Shown: positions 62,501 to 64,000 of the stretch, piece by piece
Position numbering within the stretch: position 1 is the first letter of the stretch
Layout of the letters: each line of letters starts with the position of its first letter
From: Bugula neritina
Taxonomy: Eukaryota > Animalia > Bryozoa
Direction of reading: 5' to 3'
DNA: 64,000 bases
Assembly (NCBI GenBank): GCA_964035545.1
Contig: OZ037767.1
Location: forward strand, 3,798,707 to 3,862,706
Program-made: the position numbers and the translations under genes
Notes under the pieces: model-generated
Told to the model about the DNA's origin: nothing
The model's input: only the letters and a program-made list of their open reading frames with translations
Databases searched by the model: none

Positions 62501-64000
62501 CAATAAACTACAGGAAGAATATAATGTATACTTAAAATATAAACAGATACGGAAACCATGGAGCTGCTGATCAATTACACAGAAAAAAAGGCTGTTTTGC
62601 TCTTTGGTGTTCAGCTATTAACAGTATGTAGCTTGGATTTATCATCTATGACTTAAGCTAGAGTGTACCAAACTTGAAAGAACGCTATTATAGTATGCAC
62701 TGACCTTTTTTGTAACATTCCTACACATTGAGAAACTCTTTAAACATTACAATTTTCTAAGCATGGCAACTGCTATTTCTTCATTAGTAAAGCAAATGAG
62801 TGGCTCGGCAAACATGATAGTGCAAGAGGGTTATTTCTATGCATGCCCATAGCATGTTTTTCTAGGCATACAGGTAAGTAATGAGGAAAAAATCAATAGG
62901 CGAAGCTGTTTATTATTTTTACGAATAAATTGATTTGGGGTGCAAGTTGACCTAGGATTCAACCTCACCATGTAGGACACAGGCTTTTTCAATTTCTCCA
63001 TTACTGCATCTACTTTAACAAAAAGTTACACATTGTGCATGTGCATAACCCAGTAATTAGTAGGAAATATCCCACTCACTTTCAGGTACCCATCTACCAG
63101 TACAGATGGTGTTGAGGTCACAGTACTGGCAGAAGAGTCTGTAGCAGAACTCACACCCTCTGGTTACGTTTTCATTCTCATGTTCAAAGCATTTGATCTT
63201 TCTGTATTTGGCTTTAGATTGAGCATATTTCATTATGGAAATCTTATCATGCTCCAAATCAAAGACTCTGTCATGATTCTAGAAGAAATATTTCGAAGGA
63301 TACATCATCCAAGCATAAATTTGTCAATTGAGAAAAAAGATTTAAAGCTTGCAAATAATAGAGATAAGGCATCAGCTCGAATTTGTCAAACTTTTCAATG
63401 TATGACGTATACACAAGCCAAACTCAAGAACAGAGGACAATTGATTTCCTTACCTCTTCATGACTTTTACAGAAAGCTCTCTCGCAGTGTAAACAGAAAC
63501 TATGTGCCAATTCAGCTGGTTCTGTCTTGCAAGAATCACAGTAAATGAGCTCGTGGTCAGGTTCAGATGGAGCATACTCCTTTTTTATTGGGTTCAACTC
63601 CAAGTAGGTGCATGTTTTTCTAAAAATTTTATAACACGTAAGAAATTTACTAAAGTATATATACATATAATATACACACATATACACACATATGTGTGTA
63701 TATGTGCGGTGAATGTATATAATTATAATGCTTAATAGTGCATCACTAAAAAGAGCTCAATGCAGGGCAGAGCACAGTGAAAAAAAATTTAGAGGATATG
63801 ATAAAATTAGACTAAAACATTTTATCACTAGTAGCTTCATGTGTACATGTAATCATGCTGGATATGTATATAAGTGTAAATAGTTATACGAACTGGCAAA
63901 CAGTGCAGGTGATAGTTTCTCCGCTGTTACTCCCATGCATGCAGGGTAAACAGAATCTGTGAGAGCAAGGAAGCTGTCTTGGCTGGTCAACATCTATCAG
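56564..64000 (-). CDS. TRIM protein copy 3 (5' end beyond the right edge; short FG region, GLEBS N-half deleted)
   Basis: Exons >64000-63894 (RING, partial), 63619-63454, 63278-63080, 61703-61624, 61444-60794 (donor GGG|GTACGA is inferred), 60553-60460 (ELRMEDY), 60246-60067, 59386-59181, 58870-58594, 58086-57172 and 56694-56564. Confidence 0.8.
61980..62399. mobile_element. MITE-like insertion in a TRIM copy 3 intron
   Basis: ~21-bp TIRs (attttacttcatttagtacac / gtgtactaaattaagtaaaat); absent from the homologous introns of copies 1 and 2. TSD not clear. Confidence 0.65.

Overview
AT-rich, intron-rich animal genomic DNA, probably from an invertebrate; the taxon cannot be determined from the sequence. 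All recognisable genes are on the minus strand. (1) A FoxN2/3 forkhead gene, running off the left edge. (2) A ~17-kb interval (~13-30 kb) with no credible ORF but highly organised. It holds eight ~116-nt G-rich multi-hairpin elements at ~1.38-kb periodicity, embedded in diverged repeat units that keep splice-site-like motifs. These are followed by five copies of a second motif, AGUA-CGGUC...GAUCG-GAA (loop E/sarcin-ricin-like). Together they suggest an unannotated structured lncRNA or intronic-RNA host gene. (3) CHTOP. (4) A tandem array of at least three TRIM genes (RING, B-box1, B-box2, coiled coil, beta-propeller-like C-terminus). Each carries a phase-1/phase-1 exon cassette with nucleoporin-like FG repeats, inserted at the end of B-box2. 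A Nup98-type GLEBS (Rae1-binding) motif is intact in copy 1, absent in copy 2 and half-deleted in copy 3. A canonical NF-kB site lies upstream of the two complete copies. Four MITE-like insertions and several micro/minisatellites are also present. Exon boundaries were read by eye from GT/AG signals and reading frame. RNA structures were paired by hand, not computed.
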